A stretch of DNA of 63,858 nt, counting the filler, from Sandaracinaceae bacterium (lineage in GTDB: Bacteria; Myxococcota_A; Polyangia; Polyangiales; JADJQN01): NCBI GenBank assembly GCA_947483975.1. It is 2 parts of 2 records of this genome, joined end to end, with 100 filler letters (N's around TTAATTAATTAA, not from the genome) between each part and the next. Parts side by side here need not be neighbours in the genome. Positions count along the whole stretch, not along the records: positions 1 to 31,892 come from CANKOL010000017.1; positions 31,993 to 63,858 come from CANKOL010000018.1. One strand, 5' to 3'. Below the pieces are notes generated by a model. That model saw only the letters and a list, made by a program, of their open reading frames with translations, made no database searches and was not told the DNA's origin. Made by a program: the position numbers and the translations under genes. This document shows, piece by piece, positions 28,139 through 38,205 of this stretch; the stretch's first letter is position 1, and each line of letters begins with the position of its first letter.

Positions 28139-29821
28139 TCACTCGTAGCGGACGCCGTCCGCGGGGAGGAGCCGCGCCGCCCACCAGCTGGGGACGAGCG
28201 TCGCGGTGATGCAGATGGCGAGCGCGATGACGACGGTCATCAGGAACTCCATCGGGCTCGTGCGCACCGGCAGGTGATCGATGAGATACACCTTCGGATC
28301 GAGGGGGAAGCGATACATCGTCAGGTAGGCGCAGATCGCCCCGCCGACGACCAAGCCGAGCAGCGTGCCGATGACGCCGACGACGGTGCCCTGCAGCAGG
28401 AAGATGACGAGGATCGCGGAGTCCTTCGCGCCCATCGCCTTGAGGATCGCGATCTCGCGCTTCTTCTCGAGCACCACCATGATCAGCGTCGCGACCACGT
28501 TGAACGCGGCGACGAAGATGATCGTCGCGATCACGAGGCTCAGCATGATCTTCTGGATCTCGAGCGCCGTGAACAGGTTGTGGTTGAGCTCTTTCCAGTC
28601 GAGCGTGTGATACGGCCCGCCGCCGAGCATGCGCTCGAGCTTGCGCGCGACCGTGTCGGCCTTCTCTAGATCGTGCAGGCGAAGCTCGACGCCCGTCACC
28701 GTGTCGCCGCGGTCGGCGAGCGCCTGCGCCTGGTAGAGGTCGGCGTAGACGAGGCGAGTGTCGTACTCCTGAAAGCCCGCCTCGAAGATGCCGACGACGC
28801 GGAAGTCCTTGCTGCGCGGGGCGCTCGTGCCGGGACGCCAGAAGCTCGAGTCGATGCCGGCGAGCGGCGAGATGACCTTCACCTCGTCCCCGACGACGAT
28901 GCCGAGCGTGTGCGCGAGCGTCACGCCGACGATCAGCCCGGGGAGGCGCCCTTCGCGCGCGCGGAGCGTCGCCTCGGCGTTCATCTGCTCGACGTAGGCG
29001 CGCTCTTGGTCGTCGCTCGGCAGCGCGAGCCCACCGTCGGGCGCGCCGTCGAGCAGCGCCTGCATCTGCTCGGGCGTCAGCACGGCCTCGTCGGGGAGCG
29101 CCTCGGCGACGAGGAAGCCCGCCTCTGCGTCGGCGCCTGCGTCGGGCGCCGCGGCGAGCGCGTTTCCGGCATCGGCGCCTACGGGCTGCGCCTGACCGGG
29201 CGCGCAGTCGGGGTCCCACACGGCGCAGTGACGCGCGGGCTCGGCGACGCCCGCGGGGACGCCACCGTCGAGGGCGTCGCTCGGCGCGGTGAGCCCGGCG
29301 TCGGCGGAGAGGTCGCTGAGGAAACGATCGAGGTCGACGTCGTCGGTGCCGAGCGCGGCGCGGTCGAGGTCCTCCGGGCGAATCGGCGGCCCAGAGCCGG
29401 GCAAGCGCAGCCCGTCGAGGCTGCCGGAGATGATCTGGCTCGGCAGATCGAGCACGCTCGGCATGAGCCCGGGGTCGATGCCCTTCACCAGGATGCCGCT
29501 CAGCCGGTCGCCCTTCGCGAGCATCATCTCGTCGATCTCGAAGGGCGCCGCGCCGGCGACCTCGGGCATGGCGCGGGCGCGCGCGACGACGTCGCGATAC
29601 TCCGAGAAGTCGAGGCCGTAGCGCAGCACGAGCACGTGCGCGTTCACGCCGAGCACCTTCGTGCGGAACTCCTCCTGAAAGCCCGCGGTGATGCTCATCA
29701 CGGCGAGCAGCGCCGCGACTCCGAGCGCCACGCCCGTCACCGCGATCGTCGTGATGACGGAGATCGTCGAGCGCTTCTTCGAGCGCAGATACCGTGATCC
29801 TATGGCGACCGCGTAGCGCAT
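28139..29821 (-). CDS. LolC/E-family ABC transporter permease with a large periplasmic insertion
   Basis: RYLRSK...GVALGVAALLAVMSITAGF; EKKREIAILKAMGA. Confidence 0.88.
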   Translation of the reverse strand: MRYAVAIGSRYLRSKKRSTISVITTIAVTGVALGVAALLAVMSITAGFQEEFRTKVLGVNAHVLVLRYGLDFSEYRDVVARARAMPEVAGAAPFEIDEMMLAKGDRLSGILVKGIDPGLMPSVLDLPSQIISGSLDGLRLPGSGPPIRPEDLDRAALGTDDVDLDRFLSDLSADAGLTAPSDALDGGVPAGVAEPARHCAVWDPDCAPGQAQPVGADAGNALAAAPDAGADAEAGFLVAEALPDEAVLTPEQMQALLDGAPDGGLALPSDDQERAYVEQMNAEATLRAREGRLPGLIVGVTLAHTLGIVVGDEVKVISPLAGIDSSFWRPGTSAPRSKDFRVVGIFEAGFQEYDTRLVYADLYQAQALADRGDTVTGVELRLHDLEKADTVARKLERMLGGGPYHTLDWKELNHNLFTALEIQKIMLSLVIATIIFVAAFNVVATLIMVVLEKKREIAILKAMGAKDSAILVIFLLQGTVVGVIGTLLGLVVGGAICAYLTMYRFPLDPKVYLIDHLPVRTSPMEFLMTVVIALAICITATLVPSWWAARLLPADGVRYE

Positions 29822-29907
29822 CGAGGGCGTGCCTCTATCACGCGGGCCGAGCGCTGACCAGACACGCGCGCCTTGCCGGTACCTCGCGTACGCGCCTGCC
29901 GGACGCT

Positions 29908-31602
29908 ATGCTGCGCGCTGAGGTCTTCGCTTTGTCGTACGCCCGCTTCCTTCTCGCTGCGCTCGCGGCAGCAGGCCTGCTCGTCGTCGACGGCTCGCTC
30001 GCCGGCTGCTCCTCGGGGCGCGTCTCGACGCCGCAGCCGCTGCCGATGACGGACGGCGGCCCCGTCGTGCCCGCGCGCACGCTCGCCCTGCTCGACGCGC
30101 CCGGGCCGCGCACGATGCTGCTCGGCGAGACGCTCGACTTCGCCGTGCGCTACGCCGAGTCCGACGGTCGCGCCGTCGTCGGGGAGACGGTCTCGTTGTC
30201 GATGGTCGGCGTCGCGCACGACTCCTCGCTGAGCGGCACCTCCGTCGTGACCGACGCGAGCGGCACGGCGCGCGGCACGCTGCTCGCGGGGCGAACGCCG
30301 GCGTCCTTCCGCGTGCGCGCGTCGGCGCTCGGGGCTGCGCCCGCGACCTTCGACGTCGCGGTCGGGGATGGGGGCTTCGGCGCGGTGCGGGCGGAGGTGC
30401 GCTACGGCGGGACGCGCGTGATCACCGCGCGCTTCGTGGCGATCTACGGGGGGGCCACGTGCGCCGACACGATCACGGTCGCGTCCCCCGACCGCGAGCA
30501 ACCGCTCGTCGAGGTCGACTCCGCGGCGCGCTTCGCCGCGCTGCCGGCGGGGGTCCGCTATGCCGTCGTCGCGCGCGGCGAGAGCGACACCGGCGTGCAG
30601 CAGACGCGCGGCTGCGTCGATGGAGTGCTCGTCGAGAACGGCGCGGAGGCGGTGACGGTCGTCGCGATGGAGGACGTCGCGATGACGGCCGCCGGGAGCT
30701 ACGACGTCCTGCTCGACGTCAACGTGCCGACGGCTGGAGACTCGCTCGCGTCCGCGGCGTCGGCGTCCCTCGCAGACCTCGCCGCGTCCGGCGGCGACGC
30801 GAGCCGCGTCCTCGACGTCATCGCGCTCGACGTCGCGGACCGCGATCCGCTCGCCGCCGACCGCTTCGCGACCGCGCGCGTCGGAGACTCGCTCGATGCC
30901 TCGCTCGCGGAGGCGCTCGGCGCGGTCGGCATGAGCCCCTCCGTGGCGCTCGCGGCGCTCGCGTACGCCGGCGCGGTCGGCCTCGGGACGCTGCAGGTCA
31001 CGGGGACGCTCGACCTCGACGCGCGCGGAGTCGCAGCGCCGGATGGCTTCCACGATCTGCGCGTGTGGAGCCTCGGGCTCGGGCCGATGCCGCTCGAGGT
31101 CGCGGCCATCGGCCCGACGGGCGCGCCGACCGCGCTCGCTGCGGTCGGCTATGCGTCCGCCCGCAGCGTCGTCGTCGTGGACGCGCTCGATCTGCGGCTG
31201 TGGCTCGGCTCGACGACGCTCGCCGTGCTCGACTCGATCGCGGCGGCGCGCGGCTCGAGCGGCGGCTTCGCGGAGCTCCTGTCGACTGAAGGCGGCTGCG
31301 AGGCGGTCGTGCGCTGGGCGGCGCTGACGCGCCCCGTGGCGGCCGTGTGCAGCGGCTCGTGCGCGCGCGCAGCCTGCGAGAGCACCGTGGCCAGCCTGGT
31401 CAGCGGGCTCTCCGAGCGGCTGCTCGCGCTCGACGCCTCCCACGATGTGCTGCACCTCGAGGGCGAGCTGGCCGGGCGCGACGACGACGCAGACACCCGC
31501 CTCGACGTGATCGGGCCGGGCGCGCTCTCTGGGAGCTGGTCTACGCCGGGTGGCTCGAGCGCAGAGCTAGCCGCCGCCGCGCTCAGCGCGAGCAGGCGCT
31601 GA
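29908..31602 (+). CDS. Hypothetical lipoprotein with an Ig-like N-terminal domain
   Basis: Lipobox LAGC; Ig-like TDASGTARGTL motif; long ORF with high GC3. Confidence 0.65.
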   Translation: MLRAEVFALSYARFLLAALAAAGLLVVDGSLAGCSSGRVSTPQPLPMTDGGPVVPARTLALLDAPGPRTMLLGETLDFAVRYAESDGRAVVGETVSLSMVGVAHDSSLSGTSVVTDASGTARGTLLAGRTPASFRVRASALGAAPATFDVAVGDGGFGAVRAEVRYGGTRVITARFVAIYGGATCADTITVASPDREQPLVEVDSAARFAALPAGVRYAVVARGESDTGVQQTRGCVDGVLVENGAEAVTVVAMEDVAMTAAGSYDVLLDVNVPTAGDSLASAASASLADLAASGGDASRVLDVIALDVADRDPLAADRFATARVGDSLDASLAEALGAVGMSPSVALAALAYAGAVGLGTLQVTGTLDLDARGVAAPDGFHDLRVWSLGLGPMPLEVAAIGPTGAPTALAAVGYASARSVVVVDALDLRLWLGSTTLAVLDSIAAARGSSGGFAELLSTEGGCEAVVRWAALTRPVAAVCSGSCARAACESTVASLVSGLSERLLALDASHDVLHLEGELAGRDDDADTRLDVIGPGALSGSWSTPGGSSAELAAAALSASRR

Positions 31603-31612
31603 CGGCGACGCA

Positions 31613-31892
31613 GTGGCCGGACGAGCGCGCTATCCGCTCGAGACCGTGCGCACGCTGCGCGCAGACGAAGAGACGGTCGCGCGGGACGCCCTCGCCGCGC
31701 GGCTCCGCGCGCAGCAAGCCGCCGAAGACTCCGTCGCAACGACGAGCGCCCGCGTGGCGACGCACCGCGACGAGACGGCGCGCGTCGAGCGGCGTGAGCG
31801 CGCGGCAGACAGCGCGGGGCGCCCCATCGCCGAGACGCTGCTCGCCGGCGACTGGCTGAGGCGTCGCCGCGCCGAGGCCGAGACGCTCGAGC
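31613..31892 (+). CDS. Partial coiled-coil protein, weakly FliJ/YscO-like, truncated at the contig end
   Basis: RYPLETVRTLR N-terminus followed by an Ala/Arg/Glu-rich helix running into the N linker. Confidence 0.4.
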
Positions 31893-31992
31893 NNNNNNNN
31901 NNNNNNNNNNNNNNNNNNNNNNNNNNNNNNNNNNNNTTAATTAATTAANNNNNNNNNNNNNNNNNNNNNNNNNNNNNNNNNNNNNNNNNNNN
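31893..31992. other. Artificial contig-joining linker
   Basis: 44 N + TTAATTAATTAA (stops in all six frames) + 44 N. Confidence 0.97.
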
Positions 31993-32538
31993 CTGCGGGG
32001 CGTAGGGCGGGGCGGGCGCGGGGATGGGAACGCCTGTCAGCATGGGCGGCGGGCCCTGGGGGAAGCGCGCGAATTGGTACAAGGCGTCGAGGCCGGGACC
32101 TTCGGCGTTGCCGTGTCCGGAGGCGGATTCCGCGACGGAGGTCGAGATGCCGGCGATCAGCCAGACGGGCGCGGTGAAGATGAGCATCCAGCCGTGGGTG
32201 ATGGTCGCGGCGGTGCCGCCTGCGGTCCAGCCGCCGTACTCCGAGCCGTAGGTCTCGTGGACGTGCACCTGCACGCGCCTGACCGTCTCGCGCGGCACCG
32301 GTCCGACGCGGCCATCGACCGCGGCGACCCAGACGGAGGCCCGGTCGACGGCGAGCAGCTCGCCCTCGATGGTCCCGCGGGCCGTCTCGATGCGCACCTC
32401 GAAGCCGCGCACAGGCACGTCCCGCACGGTGTGCCCGAGCTCGTCTGTGCCGCGTAGCTCCCGGCGATCGAGCGACGCGGTCGCGCACGACGCCGAGCCC
32501 GCCACGACGAGCAGCGCGAGGCACGCGCGCGCCCTCAT
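31993..32538 (-). CDS. Hypothetical lipoprotein/membrane protein, 3' end truncated by the linker
   Basis: MRARACLALLVVAGSASC...; ATGA overlap with the upstream gene. Confidence 0.65.
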
Positions 32539-34088
32539 CGCCGCGACTCCCCGATGCGGCTGCGGGCGAACTGCTCCTCGACGAGCGGCGCGATGCGCGC
32601 GTAGGACGGCGCGAGTCGCTCGAGCGCGGCGCGGGGGTCCAGCAAGAATCGCGCGGCTTCGACGGGGCTCTCTTCGGCGAGCCACTGCTCGCGGAGCCAC
32701 TCCACGTAGTAGCCGCGCGACTCGAGGAACAGCTCGTCGTCGGCGCCGCTCGGCAGGTCGTACTCGAGCGTGTAGGCGTCCCCCGGGAACGTGAACAGCT
32801 GACGCGCCGGGTCCCGCAAGCGCGCGAGCGCGTCCGCGTCCTCGACGCCGTGTCGGAGCACGCGCGTGGGCTCGAGCGCGGTCGGCGCGCCCACGGGCTC
32901 GAGCTCTGCGAGGGTGAGCTCGTCGATCTTCCAGAAGCCGCGCGTCGAGGCGAGGCGCACCTCGAGCGGCCCGTCGGGCAGCCCCTCCGGCAGGGGCACG
33001 ACCTGCCGGTCGCGCGCGATGGGTCCGAGCTCCTCGTAGCTGCCCGCGGCCAGCCACTCGCCGCCCGGCGCGCGGACCTCCACGCGCAGCTTCGCGAGCT
33101 CCCGGCCGACCCTGAGCGCCTGCGCCACCGGGTCGCTCGCGGCGGCGTCTGGGTCGAGGTTCGCGAGGAGGCTGCCCGCGTCGCGCCCGAGCCACGCGAG
33201 CACTTGATAGAAGACGAACGTGCCGACGAGGCTGTTCCGCGCGGACACGATCAGCCCGCGGCGTCCCGTCGATGGGCCGAACGAGAGCGCGAGCGTCTCC
33301 GGTGCGGCGAGGTCCTGTGGGTCGGCGGTCGGCGCGTCCTCGCGGCCATCGCCCGCCGCGACGTCGGCGGTGCAGTCTCGGCCGGGCGCCTCACAGCGGA
33401 GCGGCGCGAGCGGCGTTTTCGCGGCGAAGTACGAGCCCCCCGCGCGGACGATGCGCCGCCCCTCGCGGCGCGGCACGGTCAGCAGTCGAACACTCCGCAC
33501 GACGTGCGTCTCGGCCGCCTCGTCGCGCATCACGATGGACACGTGCCCGTTCACGCTGCGCGCGGTGCGGAGCGCGTCGACGTCGGTCTCCTCGAACGCC
33601 GCCGCGAACGCGCCCGAGAAGCCCTCCGCCTGCAGCGCGAGGCCGGCGCCGTCGTCCGCGTAGAACGTCGGGCACGAGCCGTAGCAAGACTTCGGGCTGA
33701 TCGCGCAGGCGACGTTGACGACCAGAGAAAGCGCGGTGACGACACCGAGCACAGCGGCGCCGGCGTTCATCACGGAGCGCGGGCGGTTCGTCTCGAGGAG
33801 CGCGACGCCGTCGAGCGCGATCGCCTGCACGCCCTCGCCGAGCACGCGTCGCCGCGCGTCGTAGCGCACGCCCACGCCCGACACCGTCCGCGGCGCGTCG
33901 AGCACATGCCAGTCGCTGAGCACGTAGAGCCCGCCGTCGGCCATATGCACCTTGAGGAACGGCGCGCTCGTATCCAGCGGCGCTCGATCCTGCGGCCCGC
34001 GCAGCTCCGCTTGCCACTCGGTGTGCGAGCACGCCGCGAGCACCGCCAGCAGCACGACGCACGCGCGCGCGCGAGATGATTCCCCCAT
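32535..34088 (-). CDS. Hypothetical lipoprotein
   Basis: Lipobox LAAC; internal CAISPKSCYGSCPTFY; high GC3. Confidence 0.7.
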   Translation of the reverse strand: MGESSRARACVVLLAVLAACSHTEWQAELRGPQDRAPLDTSAPFLKVHMADGGLYVLSDWHVLDAPRTVSGVGVRYDARRRVLGEGVQAIALDGVALLETNRPRSVMNAGAAVLGVVTALSLVVNVACAISPKSCYGSCPTFYADDGAGLALQAEGFSGAFAAAFEETDVDALRTARSVNGHVSIVMRDEAAETHVVRSVRLLTVPRREGRRIVRAGGSYFAAKTPLAPLRCEAPGRDCTADVAAGDGREDAPTADPQDLAAPETLALSFGPSTGRRGLIVSARNSLVGTFVFYQVLAWLGRDAGSLLANLDPDAAASDPVAQALRVGRELAKLRVEVRAPGGEWLAAGSYEELGPIARDRQVVPLPEGLPDGPLEVRLASTRGFWKIDELTLAELEPVGAPTALEPTRVLRHGVEDADALARLRDPARQLFTFPGDAYTLEYDLPSGADDELFLESRGYYVEWLREQWLAEESPVEAARFLLDPRAALERLAPSYARIAPLVEEQFARSRIGESRR

Positions 34089-34202
34089 GTCCGCACCGTA
34101 CACGGGATCGGGCGCTGGGGGCGACGTGCACCGCGCCTCGACCGAACCCGCCTACGGACCGCGGACGTGCCGTTCGGCCGTCGCCTGCTAGTGTGTTCGC
34201 CC

Positions 34203-34853
34203 GTGCCGGACGCCCCGCTGTTACCGCCGAAGCACGACGTCGCCCGTGCCCTGCTCGTCAGGGGCAGCGTCTTCGTGCACCTCGACCCACGCCAGGCTTC
34301 GGTCCGCGTGCCGGACCACCTGCGCAAGCAGGCTCAGCTCGTGCTGCAGGTCGGGCTCGATATGCCGATCGCGATCCCCGATCTGCGGCTGACGAGCGAG
34401 GGCGTTCACGCGACCCTCTCGTTTCAGCGGACGCCTTTCCCTTGCTGGATCCCCTGGACGGCCGTCTTCGCCCTCCTCGACGAGCGCGGCAAGGGGATGC
34501 TCTGGCCCGAGGACCTGCCCGCCGAGATCGCGGCGGAGGTGTCGTCCGAGATGGAGCGCGGCGGAGCGAAGCCGCCCACTTCCCGAGACGAGCCCTCCAC
34601 CCGCCCTCGCCCCCGCGTCCGCCGTCGCCCAGACGCGAGCAGCCCCGCGGCTCAGCCCGCCGCGCTCCCGGAGCAGCCCCGCCCGCTCGCCGCCAAGAGC
34701 CGCTCTCGGACGGCGCAGGCGAAGGCGCCGCCGGTCGAAGCCCCCGCGCCGCCCGTCTTCGGGCTGCGCGCGGTGCCCGGAGGCGGGAGCGGTCAGCCCT
34801 CCGCCAAGCCCCGCACCGGCGAGCGTCCTTCGTATCTGCGCGTCGTGAAGTAG
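34203..34853 (+). CDS. sspB: SspB-like ClpXP adaptor (stringent starvation protein B family)
   Basis: VFVHLDPR...VPDHLR...ATLSF...CWIPWTAVFAL, a disordered linker and C-terminal PSYLRVVK. Confidence 0.8.
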   Translation: MPDAPLLPPKHDVARALLVRGSVFVHLDPRQASVRVPDHLRKQAQLVLQVGLDMPIAIPDLRLTSEGVHATLSFQRTPFPCWIPWTAVFALLDERGKGMLWPEDLPAEIAAEVSSEMERGGAKPPTSRDEPSTRPRPRVRRRPDASSPAAQPAALPEQPRPLAAKSRSRTAQAKAPPVEAPAPPVFGLRAVPGGGSGQPSAKPRTGERPSYLRVVK

Positions 34854-34886
34854 CTCGCCGCCGCGGCCGTGGCGGCGCGCCCCGCG

Positions 34887-36479
34887 CTACTCGCAGGTCC
34901 CGCTGAGGCTGCCCTGGATCGCGCCGAGCACCGCCGTGATGGGCGCCTCGAAGCTCTCCTGGCAGATCGACTGCACGACCGTGTGCGCGCCGCGCGCCGC
35001 GAGGTCGCTCGCCGTGCCGACGATGCGGCGGGGCGGGAAGGCGACGCCGCGCCCGGGCACGTTGCACGAGGCGACGAGCCGCGCGCCGGTCGTGCCGGGT
35101 GCGGTGTCGATCGTCTCGACCATGCGCGGGTCGGCGAGCATCGCGTCGTACGAGGCGCCAGCGAGGTCCACCGGGATGCCGACGATCGGCGCGAAGACGA
35201 CGAGGCTCGGGTCCGACTTGAGCGCGAGCAGGCCGTCGACGTAGCGGGCGATGGGCTGCTGCGCCTCCTTGTAGAGGTAGCAGCGCAGGTTGAGGTCGCC
35301 GGTGTACGTCGAGGACGTCAGGTCGAAGATCGCCTCGGAGCCGGGCGTGATCGAGCAGTCCTCTTCGTCGGTGATCGTGACCACGGCGAGCGCCGCGTCG
35401 GGGCGGAGGAAGCCCGCGTTCTCGGTGTCGCCGTGCCCGCGCGTCCCGGCGGTGAAGGTCGTCGCGGAGGTCGACGGCGTGACCGCCTTCAGCCCCGCCT
35501 CGAGCTGTTGCTCGAAGCCGCAGCCCGACGTGCCCGCGGCCGCGAGGCAGCCGAAGTCGGCGGCGAGCTGATCTGGCGTCGAGCCGTCGCCCGGCGCGTA
35601 CGCGAGGAAGCTCGGGTAGCTCGGGGCGCAGCCCATCAGCGAGGTGCTGCCCACGGTGCGCAGCACGCCGTCGTCGCCGAACATCGGCGAGGCGGTGCAC
35701 GTCGGGATGGCGTAGCCGCCGACGCCCATGTCGACGGTGACGACGCCGACGTGCAGGTCCGCGACCGCCGGGAAGTCCTGCACGCCGTCCTCGTTCGCGT
35801 CGCCGGTGACGACCGCGCGCACGAGCCGCGGCAGCTGCTCCGCGAGGGAGGCCTGCTCCTCGCTCATCGAGCCGGAGTTGTCGACGACGAACAGCATATC
35901 GAGCTGACCCGCGGCGCGGCGGCAGCAGTTGCCGTCGGTGCAGCCCGAGGTCGTCCCGACGAAGCCCTGGCTGAAGTGCGTGATCTCGGCGCGCGCGTGG
36001 AAGTCCGCGGTGACCGTCGGGAGCGCCGTGTAGGCGCCGCTGCCCGGCTGCGTCCAGAAGATCGTCGCGACCTCGCCGTCGCCGCTGAACGGCAGATCGA
36101 GGCGCACGGGCGTGGCGAACGTGAGCCCCGCGGGCTCGAAGTGATAGACGGGCGAAAACGAGCGGAAGCCCGCCGGCGCGCTGACGCCCGGGTCGGCCTC
36201 GATGCGGATCGTGATGGGCGTCGCCGTCGCGACCGCGCCCGCCGGGACCGTCATCACGAGGTCGCCGAGCCGAAGCTCACCGCCGGCCGCGCCGATCATC
36301 TCCGTCGCCTCCGTCCCCGTCGGCGGCTGCACCGGCGCCTCCGCGTCGACGGGCGGGTCGAGCACCACCGACTGCGTGCAGCCGAGCAGCGCCGCCCCCG
36401 TGATCCACAAAGCGGCCATCGCCCGTGTGAAGCCGCTCGCTGCCTGTCTCGTCTGCCGTGCGCTCGAGTGTGTCGCCAT
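34887..36479 (-). CDS. Lipoprotein with a ZU5-like N-terminal domain and a vWA domain
   Basis: Lipobox LLGC; IGAAGGEL...VPAGAV...FEPAGLTF...THFS; MIDAS DMLFVVDNSGSM; ITDEEDCS. Confidence 0.78.
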   Translation of the reverse strand: MATHSSARQTRQAASGFTRAMAALWITGAALLGCTQSVVLDPPVDAEAPVQPPTGTEATEMIGAAGGELRLGDLVMTVPAGAVATATPITIRIEADPGVSAPAGFRSFSPVYHFEPAGLTFATPVRLDLPFSGDGEVATIFWTQPGSGAYTALPTVTADFHARAEITHFSQGFVGTTSGCTDGNCCRRAAGQLDMLFVVDNSGSMSEEQASLAEQLPRLVRAVVTGDANEDGVQDFPAVADLHVGVVTVDMGVGGYAIPTCTASPMFGDDGVLRTVGSTSLMGCAPSYPSFLAYAPGDGSTPDQLAADFGCLAAAGTSGCGFEQQLEAGLKAVTPSTSATTFTAGTRGHGDTENAGFLRPDAALAVVTITDEEDCSITPGSEAIFDLTSSTYTGDLNLRCYLYKEAQQPIARYVDGLLALKSDPSLVVFAPIVGIPVDLAGASYDAMLADPRMVETIDTAPGTTGARLVASCNVPGRGVAFPPRRIVGTASDLAARGAHTVVQSICQESFEAPITAVLGAIQGSLSGTCE

Positions 36480-36658
36480 CGTGCCCTCCAGGGTGTCCCC
36501 TCTGCGTCGTCCGCGGGGGGACGAAATTCCGAAGTGCTGCGACTGGCTACTGCGTAAGCCAGCAAGAATCGCCAGCCCTGGCGACTGTTGTCGCCATCGC
36601 CCACCCCAAGACCGACCAAGGTTGAGGGATTTCGTAATCATTTCGAGCGCGGAGTCCC

Positions 36659-36674
36659 TGGCACGCCGCCTGCT
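36659..36674 (+). promoter_or_regulatory. Putative sigma54 (-24/-12) promoter of the C1 peptidase
   Basis: TGGCACG-CCGC-CTGCT with correct GG/GC spacing, 13 nt before the ATG at 36688. Confidence 0.55.
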
Positions 36675-36687
36675 CTAGCCACCGCCC

Positions 36688-38193
36688 ATGACGCGCACCC
36701 GACTCGCCCTGCTGCTCTCCCTGGCCGCCGCGCTTGCTCTTCCCGCCTGCGCCAACGACGACTTCCCGAACGCGCCCGCGCCGAACCTCGACGGCGAAGA
36801 GCCGCTCTCGCCCCTCGACTCGCTGGTCGCCGGCGCGCCCTCGAACGACACGCTGCCCGAAGAGGGCAAGGCCGACGCCGTCTACCCGCACCAGTTCGAC
36901 CTCGTCGCGTCGCAGTCGCCCGTGCGCAACCAGCGCAGCCGCGGCGTCTGCTCGATCTTCTCGACCGTCGCGCTGATGGAGAACCTCTACATCACCGAGG
37001 GCACGGTCACGAACCCCGACTTCAGCGAGCAGTTCCTGCAGTGGTCCACGAAGGCCGAGGCGGGCTCGTTCACGACGACCGAGGGCTCGAGCGCAGAGAA
37101 GAACCTCGACGCCATCCACCGCTTCGGCATCGTCGCCGAGAGCGCGTGGGGCTACGAGCCGACCAAGTGGACGACCGCGAACGACGCCGCGTGCACGGGC
37201 ACGACGATGCCGGTTCGTTGCTACACCAACGGTGAGCCGCCCGCCGCCGCGCGCGCCGCGCTGCGCTACGACCTGCCCGTCGGCCGCTGGCTCAACTCGC
37301 GCACGGCGAGCATCAAGGCGCATATGTCGACCAAGCACACCGCGGTCGTCGTCGGCGGCACCTTCTTCTACCAGGCGTGGAACCACGGCGCGTCGGGCCT
37401 GCCCGTCAGCTCCGCCTACAAGCGCAAGGGCTACGTCCTCTACCCGAGCGACGAGGACAAGACCGACAGCCGCGCGCACCCCGCGGGCCACTCGGTCCTG
37501 CTCGTCGGCTGGGACGACGACCTCACCGTGCAGCGCCTCGACGCGCACGGTCAGCCGATGGTGGACGCGTCGGGCCGCCCCGTGACGGAGAAGGGCTTCT
37601 TCCTCTTCAAGAACAGCTGGGGCACGGGCAGCTTCGGCGTCGAGAACCCGAAGGGCGACGGCTACGGCTGGATCTCGTACCACTACGTCCAGGAGTTCCT
37701 GACCGCGTACGTCAGCGACCTGCCGACCCTCGCGACGCCCGCCGAGAACTGCACGAACACGCTCGACGACGACCACGACGGCAACGCTGACTGCGCCGAC
37801 AGCGAGTGCGCCTCCGCCCCGGCGTGCGCGCCCGTCTCGACGACCACGACCCACGCGAGCACGACCAGCGTCGCCATCCCCGACAACACCGCGGCGGGCG
37901 TCCGCAGCACGCTCGTCGTCGCCCCCGGCGGCACGCTGAGCGGCGTCACCGTCGACGTCGACGTCACGCACACCTACCGCGGCGACCTCCTCGTCAAGCT
38001 GACGCACCCGAGCGGTCGCGCGGTCGTGCTCCTCGACCATCAGGGCGCGGGCGACGACAACATCCGTCAGTCCTTCACGGTGACGACGCTCAACGGTCTC
38101 GACGCCGCCGGCACCTGGACGCTCTCCATCGCCGACACCGCGCGCGCCGACACCGGCACGCTGAACTCCTGGCGCCTGACCGTCGCGCGGTAG
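36688..38193 (+). CDS. Papain-like (C1) cysteine peptidase lipoprotein with a C-terminal proprotein-convertase P domain
   Basis: NQRSRGVCSIF, GHSVLLVGW, KNSWG; P domain HTYRGDL...GTWTL...GTLNSW; lipobox LPAC. Confidence 0.88.
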   Translation: MTRTRLALLLSLAAALALPACANDDFPNAPAPNLDGEEPLSPLDSLVAGAPSNDTLPEEGKADAVYPHQFDLVASQSPVRNQRSRGVCSIFSTVALMENLYITEGTVTNPDFSEQFLQWSTKAEAGSFTTTEGSSAEKNLDAIHRFGIVAESAWGYEPTKWTTANDAACTGTTMPVRCYTNGEPPAAARAALRYDLPVGRWLNSRTASIKAHMSTKHTAVVVGGTFFYQAWNHGASGLPVSSAYKRKGYVLYPSDEDKTDSRAHPAGHSVLLVGWDDDLTVQRLDAHGQPMVDASGRPVTEKGFFLFKNSWGTGSFGVENPKGDGYGWISYHYVQEFLTAYVSDLPTLATPAENCTNTLDDDHDGNADCADSECASAPACAPVSTTTTHASTTSVAIPDNTAAGVRSTLVVAPGGTLSGVTVDVDVTHTYRGDLLVKLTHPSGRAVVLLDHQGAGDDNIRQSFTVTTLNGLDAAGTWTLSIADTARADTGTLNSWRLTVAR

Positions 38194-38205
38194 TAAAGGG
38201 GCGCG

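Noticed and set aside
31893..31992. AT-rich palindrome as a biological site, and linkage of genes across it
   Set aside because: It is an artificial all-frame-stop linker inside an N run, so synteny across it cannot be assumed.
36688..38193. C1 peptidase as the leader peptidase of the HxS precursor
   Set aside because: It is over 5 kb from the locus edge, separated by housekeeping genes, and has its own candidate sigma54 promoter.
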